A stretch of DNA of 64,000 nucleotides, taken from assembly GCA_902520725.1 (NCBI GenBank), contig CABYPB010000006.1:8310-72309 (forward strand), in the 5' to 3' direction. A model generated the notes under the pieces. The model was not told the DNA's origin, did not search any database, and saw only the letters and a program-made list of their open reading frames with translations. How positions within the stretch are numbered: position 1 is the first letter of the stretch; every line of letters starts with the position of its first letter. Shown piece by piece: positions 46,311-59,697 of the stretch. The stretch comes from an uncultured SAR86 cluster bacterium. Its GTDB lineage: Bacteria > Pseudomonadota > Gammaproteobacteria > Magnimaribacterales > D2472. Both the position numbers and the translations under genes were made by a program.

Positions 46311-48077
46311 CTAATCATTGAAAAGTTTTGTTAATTCCTCTAATAAAACTTCTCCAAGCTCTTCAGCTCTGTTTATTGTCAGTGCATTCTTATAATATTT
46401 TGTAACATCATGCCCAATTCCTATGGCTTGAAGATCTACAGGACTATCATTTTCAATTTTAGAAATAATTTCTCTTAAATGATTATCAAGAAAATCCTCC
46501 CTATTAGCTGAAAGGGTGCTGTCATCCACAGGAGCTCCATCAGAAATAACGATGAGAATTTTTCTTTCTTCTGGTCTTTTTATTAACCTCTCATGTGACC
46601 ATGCCAGTGCTTCTCCATCAACATTTTCTTTTAATAAGCCTTCTCTTAACATTGCTCCAAAATATTTTCTTGATCTTCTCCAACTATTATCAGCGCTTTT
46701 ATAAATAATATGCCTTATATCATTTAACCTTCCTGGATTAGATTGATTACCCTTAATTACCCATAATTTTTTTGAGTCTCCGCCTTTCCAATGTTTTGTA
46801 GTAAAACCAAGTATTTCAGTTTTAACCTGACATCTCTCCAATGTACTACCAATAATATCAGCACATATTGCTGCCAAACTTATTGACCTTCCTCTCATTG
46901 AACCAGAGTTATCTATTAGCAGTGATACCACAGTATCTTTAAAATTATTTTCAGTTTCTTCTTTGAAGCTTAGAGGATATCCAGGATTAGCAATCACTCT
47001 ATGCAATCTTGCGTTATCTAAAATACCTTCTTCTAGATTGTAATTCCAGCTTGTATTCTGTTTTGCAAGTAGAAGTCTTTGCAGCCTATTTGCTAGCTTC
47101 CCAATGGTAGCTAAATGTGGTTTGATCAAATTATCTAACTGATTTCTTAACCTTATAGATTCATCTGAAGTAACTAGATCCTTTGCATCAATTATCTCAT
47201 CAAAGTTTGTCGTATATATTGAATAATTTTTCTTAATATCATTTGAAAATTGATTGTTAGGATATGTTGCTGCCTCAATCTCTTCTTGAATCGAAGTGTC
47301 ATCTATTGCATCTAAAGATTCTTTAAGATCATCATCAAATTCGCCTTGGAAATCTTTAAAGTCATTTTCGTCGCTATCGCTTAACTCAGATTCTGCTTCT
47401 ATATCCTCATTTTCAATATCATTAGTTGAACCAGGTGAATCAGCAGGATCTATTTCTTCGTCTTCTTCAGAGACATCTTTAAAAAGATTTAATTTTTCAA
47501 GGAACTTCAAAGATAATTTTTTAAATTTTTCTTGATCTTTAATATTTTGAATAAGTGAATCACCGATAGATTCTGAAGATTTATCTAATTTATATTTTTC
47601 TTTAAAAATTTGAATAATATTTAAAGACTCATCATTTAAATTAAATTTTGCTAAGCTTTTTAACCAAAGATTTGCGCCATAGGACAAAAAATTAAGAGAT
47701 TTTTTATCATGCATATTTAAGCTTCTCTGGTTGAGATATTCAGAAATATTTTTTTTAGCTCCTATATACTTATCGGATCCGAGTAGCTCAACTCTGGATA
47801 TTTCAAGCTCATTAAATATCATTCTTGCTGGCAAAGTAAGAGATACTTCCTGAGTTTTTTTGTGATAAAGATGCCAGAAGGCTTGATAGTCTGATTCTCC
47901 TCTCCATTTGTTTATATCTTTAGAGGATCTAGGAGCAGATGGAATAATAATATTTTTATCGACTGGAGGTCTTTGTGATAAACCGGTGCTTGATGTTAAC
48001 TCCTTATTTTTAGATATTGCTTTTACAGAGGAAAAAGCAGCTTCATGAAGTCTATCTCTATTTTTATTCCAACTCAT
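46311..48077 (-). CDS. cobT: CobT-like protein (acidic linker + C-terminal von Willebrand A domain)
   Basis: It has a long acidic stretch '[12 protein letters not shown]...[11 protein letters not shown]' and a VWA MIDAS motif '[11 protein letters not shown]'. The overall layout matches aerobic cobaltochelatase subunit CobT. Confidence 0.75.
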   Translation of the reverse strand: MSWNKNRDRLHEAAFSSVKAISKNKELTSSTGLSQRPPVDKNIIIPSAPRSSKDINKWRGESDYQAFWHLYHKKTQEVSLTLPARMIFNELEISRVELLGSDKYIGAKKNISEYLNQRSLNMHDKKSLNFLSYGANLWLKSLAKFNLNDESLNIIQIFKEKYKLDKSSESIGDSLIQNIKDQEKFKKLSLKFLEKLNLFKDVSEEDEEIDPADSPGSTNDIENEDIEAESELSDSDENDFKDFQGEFDDDLKESLDAIDDTSIQEEIEAATYPNNQFSNDIKKNYSIYTTNFDEIIDAKDLVTSDESIRLRNQLDNLIKPHLATIGKLANRLQRLLLAKQNTSWNYNLEEGILDNARLHRVIANPGYPLSFKEETENNFKDTVVSLLIDNSGSMRGRSISLAAICADIIGSTLERCQVKTEILGFTTKHWKGGDSKKLWVIKGNQSNPGRLNDIRHIIYKSADNSWRRSRKYFGAMLREGLLKENVDGEALAWSHERLIKRPEERKILIVISDGAPVDDSTLSANREDFLDNHLREIISKIENDSPVDLQAIGIGHDVTKYYKNALTINRAEELGEVLLEELTKLFND

Positions 48078-48094
48078 GTGAAGTTTTAATTTTT

Positions 48095-49063
48095 TTAATT
48101 ATTTTCAATTTCTATATCAAAACATCTTTGAAAATATTCAGAGATAATAGATTTTTCAATATCATCACATTTATTTAAAAAGCTTAACTTGAAGGAGGCT
48201 GTAAGATCTTTAAATATTTTATAATTTTGACCCCATGATATTACTGTTCTTGGTGACATTAATGTTGAAATATCACCATTTGCGAATCCCGATCTCGTTA
48301 AATTAGCAAGTTTTATCATTTTTTTAACAATCTCTTGATTTTTAGCACCCTTTACAGCGCCTAATTTAGAAATAACTACTTTAAACTCTTGTTTTGGATC
48401 AAGATAGTTTAGTGTAGAAAGTATGTGCCATCTATCTAATTGACCTTGATTAATTTGTTGTGTGCCATGATATAAGCCAGTCATATCTCCCAAGCCAACA
48501 GTATTTGTTGTTGCAAATAACCTAAAGCTAGAGTGTGGAGTTATAATTTTATTTTGATCTAGTAAAGTCAACTTACCCTCAACTTCAAGTATTCTTTGAA
48601 TAACAAACATTACATCAGGCCTACCTGCATCATATTCATCAAAGACTAACGCAACAGGATTTTGGATTGACCAGGGCAACAGACCTTCTTGGAATTCGGT
48701 AATTTGTTTTCCATCATTTACCTTGATCGCATCTTTACCTAATAAATCAATTCTGCTTATATGACTATCAAGATTAATTCGCACGCATGGCCAATTCAAT
48801 CTAGCAGCTATTTGCTCAATATGTGTTGATTTGCCTGTTCCATGGAAACCTTGGACCATAACTCTTCTATTATGTTCAAAACCAGCAAGTATTGATAAAG
48901 TCGTATCCTTATCAAATACGTATGAACTATCCACTTCAGGAACCCAATCAGATTTATTTTTGAAGCCTTTCACAGCAAGTTTTGAATCTATATTGAAAAC
49001 CTCTGAGACATTATATCTATGATCAGGCTTGACTGGTAAATCTATATTTTTATTAATTGTCAT
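48095..49063 (-). CDS. cobS: CobS-like MoxR-type AAA+ ATPase
   Basis: It has Walker A 'GFHGTGKST', Walker B 'LVFDEYD', 'FRLFATTNT' and 'LDRW'. At 322 aa it has the length and pattern of CobS. Confidence 0.8.
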   Translation of the reverse strand: MTINKNIDLPVKPDHRYNVSEVFNIDSKLAVKGFKNKSDWVPEVDSSYVFDKDTTLSILAGFEHNRRVMVQGFHGTGKSTHIEQIAARLNWPCVRINLDSHISRIDLLGKDAIKVNDGKQITEFQEGLLPWSIQNPVALVFDEYDAGRPDVMFVIQRILEVEGKLTLLDQNKIITPHSSFRLFATTNTVGLGDMTGLYHGTQQINQGQLDRWHILSTLNYLDPKQEFKVVISKLGAVKGAKNQEIVKKMIKLANLTRSGFANGDISTLMSPRTVISWGQNYKIFKDLTASFKLSFLNKCDDIEKSIISEYFQRCFDIEIENN

Positions 49064-49173
49064 TTTTTAAAAAACTTTGTTTTTGGACTGCATATCCTAC
49101 CTTTTGAGAGTATAAAGTTCTAGTTTTTTTATAAACAATGTAAGATAGCCTTATTGAAGTTAGAGTAAGAGAT

Positions 49174-49929
49174 ATGTCAGAAAGATTAAAAAATAAAGTT
49201 GCGTTAATTACTGGGGGAGCTCAAGGATTGGGCAAAGAAATGGCAAAATCTATGATCGCTCAAGGTGCAAAAGTTTTTATAAGCGACATAAATGAAACAA
49301 TTTTAGGTGAGACGGCAAAAGAGCTTTCTTGTGATCATATTGTCTTGGATGTTACCAATGAAAATCATTGGCAACAGGCTATAAAAAAAATCAAAGATGA
49401 TATCGGATCATTAAATATCTTGGTAAATAATGCTGGTATAGGAGGTGGGGGTGATGTTGAATCAACCGACTTGGAACAATGGGAGTTAGTTCATAAAGTT
49501 AATTTGGATTCTGTATTTATGGGATGCAAATACTCATTACCTTTGATGAGGGACTCTGGTAACGGATCGATAATTAATATTTCATCTATGTCAGGAATTG
49601 TCGCTTCACATAATACATCTGCTTACAATTCATCAAAAGCTGCTGTAAGACATCTCTCAAAATCTGTAGCACTTCATTGTGCCAAATCAACTAACTTAAT
49701 TAGATGTAATTCGATTCATCCGGTATTTACAAGAACTGCAATGGTTCAAAGTATGATTGATGCAGCACCTGAAAGAAATATTGAAGAAAAGCTTGTACAA
49801 CAAATACCTATCAGGAAGCTTGCAGAGCCAATAGACATTGCGAATGCAGCTGTATTTTTAGCTTCAGATGAATCATCATTTATAACCGGAACTGAACTTA
49901 TTGTTGACGGCGGGCTAAGCGCAACCTAA
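49174..49929 (+). CDS. Short-chain dehydrogenase/reductase
   Basis: It has 'TGGAQGLG', 'NNAG' and the catalytic 'YNSSKAA'. Confidence 0.85.
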   Translation: MSERLKNKVALITGGAQGLGKEMAKSMIAQGAKVFISDINETILGETAKELSCDHIVLDVTNENHWQQAIKKIKDDIGSLNILVNNAGIGGGGDVESTDLEQWELVHKVNLDSVFMGCKYSLPLMRDSGNGSIINISSMSGIVASHNTSAYNSSKAAVRHLSKSVALHCAKSTNLIRCNSIHPVFTRTAMVQSMIDAAPERNIEEKLVQQIPIRKLAEPIDIANAAVFLASDESSFITGTELIVDGGLSAT

Positions 49930-49931
49930 AT

Positions 49932-50803
49932 ATGGCAGATAAACCTTCTCTAAATAGACCGCTTGAATTATTCAATCTAGAAAAGGTTGATAGAGATATT
50001 TTTTCTTGGAATGGTAAAAATGTAGGCTATAAAAGAATTTTTGGCGGTCAAGTTATGGCACAGACACTTATAGCTGCATATAAAACTGTGAACGTAGAAC
50101 ATTTTGCTCATTCTTTTCATTCATATTTCATAAGACCAGGTAATATGGAAAAGCCTATTACTTTTACTGTAGATAGAATTAGAGATGGTAAAAGTTTTAC
50201 AACTAGAAGTGTTAAGGCAATACAGGACGGCGAGGTAATCTTTAATTGCTCAATCTCTTTTCAAAAAAGAGAAAAAGGTTTTGAGCACCAAGTTGATATG
50301 CCTGATGTCCCAGAACCAGAAACCCTAAAAAGCGAACAAGAATTAAGAGAAGATATCCTTAAAGAATTAAAAATGAAAAAAGAAGACATGCCAATGTTTT
50401 TCAGGCAACAAGAAATTGAAATGAGACCTGTTGAGAAACAAAATTACTTTAAACCAGAAAGAATGCCGCCTTATAAAAATACTTGGATTAAAAACGAGGG
50501 TAAATTACCTGATGATCAAGTTATTCAACAAGCCTTTCTTTTATACATTTCTGACATGGGTTTGCTTGGAGCAGCCAATAACTCTGTAGGTGTAAATTTT
50601 CTAACTAAAAACCTCCAAAATGCTAGTCTTGACCATGCTATGTGGTTTCACAGAAAGCTTGATTTAAATGGGTGGTTTTTGTATACCATTGAAAGCCCCA
50701 TAACAAGAAATGCTAGAGGCTTTTCAAGAGGATCAATTTTTTCTCGAGATGGAAAATTAATAGCTTCTTGTACACAAGAGGGCTTAATAAGACTTTGGGA
50801 TGA

Positions 50804-50807
<4 letters not shown>
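49932..50807 (+). CDS. tesB: Acyl-CoA thioesterase II
   Basis: It has a double hot-dog fold with 'IFGGQVMAQ', 'HSFHSYFIRPG', 'RDGKSFTTR' and 'SLDHAMWFH'. Confidence 0.85.
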
Positions 50808-53538
<2,731 letters not shown>

Positions 53539-53594
53539 TTAGTAGATAATTGAAAGTTTTACATGTTATACTTGTCTTTCACACTTTAATACGT

Positions 53595-56500
53595 ATGTCA
53601 GGACTATTTAATAAAGAAGACTTTAGAGATAATTGTGGATTTGGACTTGTTGCCAACATTAACGGAATACAATCTCATAAGGTAGTTATCAACTCTATAG
53701 ATGCTTTAAAGAGCATGACACATAGAGGGGGAGTTGGCTCAGATGGAAAAACTGGCGATGGTTGTGGCCTACTTCTTGATATCGATCATAATTATTTTAA
53801 AAATGCTTTGCTTAAAGAGAGCAAAGTAGATGTTGGTGAGTATTTTGCATTAGCGCAGATCTTTTATAAAAATAAAATCTCCAGAATTTTACCCAATATC
53901 GAAGAAATTCTTAAAAAAGAAGGCCTTGAGCTAATTTTTTCTCGAGAAGTGCCTACTAATAAAAAAATCTTAGGAAAAATAGCATTAGATTGTGCTCCAA
54001 ATATATATCAATTGTTCATCAAACCGATTGAAAAAGATTTTAATAAGGAAAAATTTGACACTGGATTGATACAAGCTAGAAAATTTATTGAAGAAATTTA
54101 TATGGATGATGAAATTCTTTACATATGCAGCATGTCATCCAAGACAATTGTTTATAAAGGATTGATGCTTCCTAATGCAATAAAAGATTTTTATATTGAT
54201 TTAAATAATGAAGATTTCAAAGCCTCAACATGCGTCTTTCATCAGCGTTTTTCTACAAATACCAGTCCAAAATGGCATCTTGCTCAGCCTTTTAGAATGC
54301 TTGCACATAATGGAGAGATTAATGCTATAAGAGGAAACAGAAATTGGGTTAAAGCAAGAGCATCTAAATTTTCAACCCCATTTATTCCTAAAATTCAAAA
54401 ATTCAAACAACTTGTTAATGAAACTGGATCAGACTCATCGTCCTTAGATAATATGATTGAACTTCTTGTAAAAGGCGGAGTAGATTTATTTAGAGCTGTA
54501 AGGATGACCCTGCCGCCTGCATGGCAAAATACTCAAACCTTAGATCCTGATATTAGAAGTTTTCATGAATATAATTCAATGCATATTGAGCCCTGGGACG
54601 GGCCTGCAGGAATAGTAATGGCAGATGGGAAGTGGGCATTATGCATTCTTGATAGAAATGGATTAAGACCTGCAAGATATCAATTAGACAAAAGTAATAT
54701 TATAACTATAGCTTCTGAAACAGGAGTTAATCCAATTGACGAAAACGAAATTGTTAAAAAAGGAAGGGTAGAACCTGGTGGAATTTTGGCAGTCAATACT
54801 ATGAATGGAGAAATTCTAGATCAAACGGCAATTGATAATATTCTTAAAGATAAATTACCTTACAGAAAGTGGTTGAAAGAGAATGCTATTTATATTGAGT
54901 CTAGCTTAGATTCATACGAAGGCCCTGGCTTAAAATCAATAGATACAAATGATTTTATAAAAGCATGCAAACTATTTTTACTCTTCAAAGAAGAAAGATC
55001 ATCAGTTATTAAACCTCTTGCAGTTGATTCACAAGAAGGAACTGGCTCAATGGGTGACGACACTGCATTAGCTGTTATGAGTAAGATGCATAGACAAATT
55101 TATGACTTTTTTAGACAACAATTTGCACAAGTAACAAATCCACCAATTGATTCACTCAGAGAAGTTGCTGTGATGACTCTTGAAACATGTTTTGGACCTG
55201 AGCTAAATATTTATGAAGAATCTGCAGACCATGCCAGAAGATTAGTAACCACCTCTCCAGTCCTCTCTCACAGGAAACTTCAATCAATTCTTAACAATCC
55301 CTATTTTAAATCAGAAGAAATCAATCTATCTTTTGATAAAAAATCAACTTTAAAAGAGGCTATTGTCAATCTTCAAAATAAAGTCGTTGAAATTGTTGAC
55401 TCAGGCTCATCAATTATTCATTTGGTCGAAGATTTACCAGATCAAGGTAAATTACCTATAAATGCTTTGCTTGCAGTTGGTGCAGTTCACCAGAAACTAG
55501 TAAAACTTGGGAAAAGATCTGATGCAAATATCATAATAACCTCTTACTCTGCAAGAGATACTCATCAGATAGCTTGTTTGATTGGTTTTGGTGCTACTGC
55601 GGTATATCCAAGTCTTGCTTATCAAACGATCTTAGATCTAACTAGCAGAAATGAGTTAAAAGGAGATCCTCATGAAAATTGCTTCAGATATAGAAAGGGA
55701 GTTAATAAAGGATTACTTAAAATAATTTCAAAAATGGGAATTTCAACTATTTCTAGTTACAGAGGCTCTCAATTATTTGAAATCGTAGGTTTAGGAGAAG
55801 ATATAGTTGATTTGTGTTTCACCAACACAACTAGCAGAGTCAAAGGAAAAAACTTAAAAAATCTTGATAAAGAAATTAGAGCTCTTGATGATTACGCACG
55901 GTCAAATTTATCAGATATGAATGTGGGAGGACTTCTTAAATATGTTCACGGGGGAGAGTACCATACCTATAATCCTGAAATTGTAAAAAAACTTCAAGAA
56001 GCAGTTAGTTCAGGATCGCCTGAAGTCTATAAGGAATATTCACAATTAGTCGATAAAAGACCTCCAGCAATGCTTAGAGATTTGCTTGAAGTTAATACAA
56101 AAAATAAAAAAATTAATTTAAATAAAGTTGAATCTCAAAAGAAAATTTTAAATCGATTCGATTCAGCGGGTATGAGTCTTGGAGCATTATCTCCTAAAGC
56201 GCATGAAACATTAGCAGAAGCTATGAATACATTAGGAGGAAGATCTAATTCAGGTGAAGGCGGTGAAGCAGAAGAAAGATATGGAACTCTTAAAAGATCA
56301 AAAATAAAACAGATTGCTTCTGGAAGATTTGGTGTTACCCCTCATTACTTAATAAATGCTGAAGTTCTTCAAATTAAAATTGCTCAGGGAGCTAAACCTG
56401 GAGAGGGCGGCCAGTTACCTGGAGGAAAGGTTAATAAATTAATTGCAAAATTAAGATATTCAACACCAGGAGTAACTTTAATATCACCACCTCCTCATCA

Positions 56501-58028
56501 TGATATTTATTCAATAGAGGATTTAGCTCAGCTTATATATGATCTAAAAGAAGTTAATCCAAGCGCATTGGTATCAGTTAAATTAGTATCTGAACCAGGC
56601 GTTGGAACAATAGCATCAGGTGTTGCAAAAGCTTATGCCGATTTAATTACAATTTCTGGTCATGATGGTGGTACTGGTGCAAGCCCACTAACATCCATAA
56701 GATACGCAGGATCTCCTTGGGAGCTTGGCCTAGCAGAAGCTCATCAGAGCTTAAGAGATAGTGGTCTTAGGCATAAAATAAGGCTTCAGGCTGATGGTGG
56801 AATGAAAACAGGTCTCGATGTAATAAAAGCAGCTATTCTAGGCGCTGAATCATTTGGATTTGGTACTGGACCCATGATAGCTATGGGTTGTAAATATTTG
56901 AGAATATGTCATTTGAACAATTGTGCAACTGGTGTTGCAACCCAAAGAGAAGATCTTATAAATCACCATTTCATTGGAGAAAAAGAAAAGGTTATGAATT
57001 ACTTTAAATTTATTGCAGACGATGTTCGACACCATCTTAGTGAAATGGGAATCTCAAAACTTGAAGATATTATTGGACAAACTCAATATTTACAGAAGAT
57101 TGAAAACTTAGAAGCTCAATATAAATCAATTGATTTAAAAGACCTAATGTATAAAGACGATAATATTAGTGAATCATTTTTTTGTACTTCAAAAAAGAAT
57201 AATCCATGGGATAAAGGATTATTAGCAAGAAAAATTCTTAAAAAAGTTACACCCGCTATTAGAAATGATGAAACAATTTCTCTTGATTATAAGATATCCA
57301 ACACAGATAGATCTGTAGGAGCTTTGATTTCTGGTTTTATTGCCAAAAAATATGGGGAGGCTGGGTTAAAGAACTCAATAAACATTAATTTTAAAGGTTC
57401 TGCAGGCCAAAGCTTTGGATGCTGGAATGCGAATGGATTAAATCTAAGTATTGATGGCGATGCAAATGACTATGTGGGTAAAGGTATGAATGGGGGCAAT
57501 ATCGTAATCAAAAATAGTAGCAAACATGCTAAAGAAAATATAGACACTCCTCTTGTAGGAAATACTTGTCTTTACGGAGCTACAGGTGGAAATATATTCG
57601 TTTCAGGAACAGCTGGAGAAAGATTTGCTGTTAGAAATTCTGGTGCAAATGCAGTTATTGAAGGTGCTGGAGATCATTGTTGTGAATATATGACAGGAGG
57701 ACAAGTAACAGTCCTAGGATCTGTTGGAGCAAATTTTGGTGCTGGTATGACTGGAGGTTTTGCTTATGTACTTGATGAGGATAGAACTTTTTTTGATAAA
57801 TGTAATAGAGGGTTAGTTAACATAGAGAGGATCACAACTGAAGATATGCAATCGCATAGGAAATACTTAAAAGAAATTATTTCTAAGCATCATAAAATGA
57901 CAAATAGCGAAAGGGCAAAAACAATTATTGATGACTTCGAGAGATATGAGCCTTATTTTTGGCTTGTTGTCCCAGCTGCAAGCAATATTCAAGACTTACT
58001 AAAAGCAACAACAGCAAATGCTGCTTAG
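53595..58028 (+). CDS. gltB: Glutamate synthase large subunit
   Basis: I prefer the ATG at 53595 (MSGLFNKEDFRDNCGFGLVANI), which places the catalytic Cys of 'DNCGFG' near the N-terminus. FMN and GXGXG domain motifs are present throughout. Confidence 0.95.
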   Translation: MSGLFNKEDFRDNCGFGLVANINGIQSHKVVINSIDALKSMTHRGGVGSDGKTGDGCGLLLDIDHNYFKNALLKESKVDVGEYFALAQIFYKNKISRILPNIEEILKKEGLELIFSREVPTNKKILGKIALDCAPNIYQLFIKPIEKDFNKEKFDTGLIQARKFIEEIYMDDEILYICSMSSKTIVYKGLMLPNAIKDFYIDLNNEDFKASTCVFHQRFSTNTSPKWHLAQPFRMLAHNGEINAIRGNRNWVKARASKFSTPFIPKIQKFKQLVNETGSDSSSLDNMIELLVKGGVDLFRAVRMTLPPAWQNTQTLDPDIRSFHEYNSMHIEPWDGPAGIVMADGKWALCILDRNGLRPARYQLDKSNIITIASETGVNPIDENEIVKKGRVEPGGILAVNTMNGEILDQTAIDNILKDKLPYRKWLKENAIYIESSLDSYEGPGLKSIDTNDFIKACKLFLLFKEERSSVIKPLAVDSQEGTGSMGDDTALAVMSKMHRQIYDFFRQQFAQVTNPPIDSLREVAVMTLETCFGPELNIYEESADHARRLVTTSPVLSHRKLQSILNNPYFKSEEINLSFDKKSTLKEAIVNLQNKVVEIVDSGSSIIHLVEDLPDQGKLPINALLAVGAVHQKLVKLGKRSDANIIITSYSARDTHQIACLIGFGATAVYPSLAYQTILDLTSRNELKGDPHENCFRYRKGVNKGLLKIISKMGISTISSYRGSQLFEIVGLGEDIVDLCFTNTTSRVKGKNLKNLDKEIRALDDYARSNLSDMNVGGLLKYVHGGEYHTYNPEIVKKLQEAVSSGSPEVYKEYSQLVDKRPPAMLRDLLEVNTKNKKINLNKVESQKKILNRFDSAGMSLGALSPKAHETLAEAMNTLGGRSNSGEGGEAEERYGTLKRSKIKQIASGRFGVTPHYLINAEVLQIKIAQGAKPGEGGQLPGGKVNKLIAKLRYSTPGVTLISPPPHHDIYSIEDLAQLIYDLKEVNPSALVSVKLVSEPGVGTIASGVAKAYADLITISGHDGGTGASPLTSIRYAGSPWELGLAEAHQSLRDSGLRHKIRLQADGGMKTGLDVIKAAILGAESFGFGTGPMIAMGCKYLRICHLNNCATGVATQREDLINHHFIGEKEKVMNYFKFIADDVRHHLSEMGISKLEDIIGQTQYLQKIENLEAQYKSIDLKDLMYKDDNISESFFCTSKKNNPWDKGLLARKILKKVTPAIRNDETISLDYKISNTDRSVGALISGFIAKKYGEAGLKNSININFKGSAGQSFGCWNANGLNLSIDGDANDYVGKGMNGGNIVIKNSSKHAKENIDTPLVGNTCLYGATGGNIFVSGTAGERFAVRNSGANAVIEGAGDHCCEYMTGGQVTVLGSVGANFGAGMTGGFAYVLDEDRTFFDKCNRGLVNIERITTEDMQSHRKYLKEIISKHHKMTNSERAKTIIDDFERYEPYFWLVVPAASNIQDLLKATTANAA

Positions 58029-59089
58029 TTTAAAGCCTTAATAATATTCTTGTTATTAAAATTTGAGGTCTTAAAAGCATTAAAATTTTTGTCAATAAGA
58101 ATAAGGTTTAATTGACCATTAGAAACCTTCTTATCAATCTTCATATATTTTCTTAAATCAGAATACTTATATTTTTTATGATCGGCTTTCAAACCCAAAG
58201 ATTTTATTACACTAATTATATTTTCAAGTTGTTGATCTTTTATGTGACCCTCAAAGAAAGAAACTTTTGCAGCAATCACCATTCCCATAGTAATGGCAGC
58301 TCCGTGAGTAATTTTTTTATAACCATGATGAGCTTCAATAGCATGACCAAAAGTATGCCCAAAATTTAATATGGCTCTTATTCCGTTTTCCTTTTCATCT
58401 TTAGTAACAATTTTGGATTTTGTTTTGATTGACTCCTCAATTATAGTTTTTAATATTTTTTCATTTCTTTCTGTAATTTTCTTTGAATTATCTTCAATAA
58501 TTTTTTTTAGTTTTTTATTTCCAATAAAAGCATATTTAATTACTTCACCCAAACCAGACTCATATTGTTCTTGGGGCAAGGTTTTAAGAAAATCTGTTGA
58601 AATTAATACAAACTTAGGATTATAGAAAGACCCAATAAGATTCTTACCCTGAGGAACATTAATAGCAGTTTTACCTCCAACAGAGGAATCTACTTGAGCA
58701 AGAAGAGTTGTTGGAACTTGTATATAATTAATACCTCTTAAATATGTAGCAGCACAAAAACCGGTAATATCTCCAACAACACCACCTCCAAGAGCAATAA
58801 GAGAATCAGATCTGTCAAAATTCATAGCAAAAAGCATATTCATTATTTTTTGAAAAGATGCAAATGATTTAGACTTTTCACCTTGATTTAAAGTAAGAAC
58901 ATTAATTTTTTTACAAGAAATGATATCTTTAATCTTTCTTATATGTTTCTTAGGAACACCGGAATCTGTAATTATTAAAACTTTATTATTTTTACCAATA
59001 TCTTTATTAAATATTGCTTTAGAAAATTTTTTTCCTTTTATATGGATTTGATATTTTGAAGAGCCTTTGCCAGCTATTATTGTTGTCAT
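58025..59089 (-). CDS. aroB: 3-dehydroquinate synthase
   Basis: 'GGGVVGDITGF', 'QVPTTLLAQVDSSVGGKTAIN' and 'LNFGHTFGHAIE' are present. Confidence 0.93.
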   Translation of the reverse strand: MTTIIAGKGSSKYQIHIKGKKFSKAIFNKDIGKNNKVLIITDSGVPKKHIRKIKDIISCKKINVLTLNQGEKSKSFASFQKIMNMLFAMNFDRSDSLIALGGGVVGDITGFCAATYLRGINYIQVPTTLLAQVDSSVGGKTAINVPQGKNLIGSFYNPKFVLISTDFLKTLPQEQYESGLGEVIKYAFIGNKKLKKIIEDNSKKITERNEKILKTIIEESIKTKSKIVTKDEKENGIRAILNFGHTFGHAIEAHHGYKKITHGAAITMGMVIAAKVSFFEGHIKDQQLENIISVIKSLGLKADHKKYKYSDLRKYMKIDKKVSNGQLNLILIDKNFNAFKTSNFNNKNIIKALN

Positions 59090-59092
59090 TTC

Positions 59093-59596
59093 TTATTTTT
59101 TTGCTAATGAAATTATTTCTGATGCAACTTGGTTAGAAGATTTATTTTCAGTATCTACAACGTGATCAGAAACCATTTCATAAAGAGCTTCTCTTTCATT
59201 ATGAAGCTTTGTAAGTATTTCTTCAGGATCACCATCTTTAAGTAAAGGCCTATCTTTATCTTTTGCAGTTCGTTCTACCTGAGTGAGAATAGGTGTTGAT
59301 AAATAAAAAACAGTGCCCCTTGAAGACAATAGTTCTCGATTATTGTCAGAAAGAATTATCCCGCCTCCAGTAGAAAGAACAATTGAATTTTTTTCAACCA
59401 TTTCATTGAGGATGTCACTCTCTCTTTTTCTAAAACCAGCTTCGCCTTCAAGATCAAAAATCCAGTCAATTGACGCACCTGTTCTTGATTCTATTTCCTC
59501 ATCAGTATCAAAGAAGTTAAGAAACATTTCATCAGATATAATTTTACCAACGGTTGATTTACCCGAACCCATTGGACCTACAATAAATATATTCAT
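59093..59596 (-). CDS. aroK: Shikimate kinase
   Basis: It has 'NIFIVGPMGSGKSTVG', 'FFDTD' and 'VLSTGGG' in a 167-aa product upstream of aroB. Confidence 0.92.
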   Translation of the reverse strand: MNIFIVGPMGSGKSTVGKIISDEMFLNFFDTDEEIESRTGASIDWIFDLEGEAGFRKRESDILNEMVEKNSIVLSTGGGIILSDNNRELLSSRGTVFYLSTPILTQVERTAKDKDRPLLKDGDPEEILTKLHNEREALYEMVSDHVVDTENKSSNQVASEIISLAKK

Positions 59597-59697
59597 AGTT
59601 AACTTAATTAAAAAGTGATTTTAACACCTTGATTAATAAATACACTTTTTAAATTCTAAATGATGTATTCTCTAAAATATAAGATTTAAAATATAGC

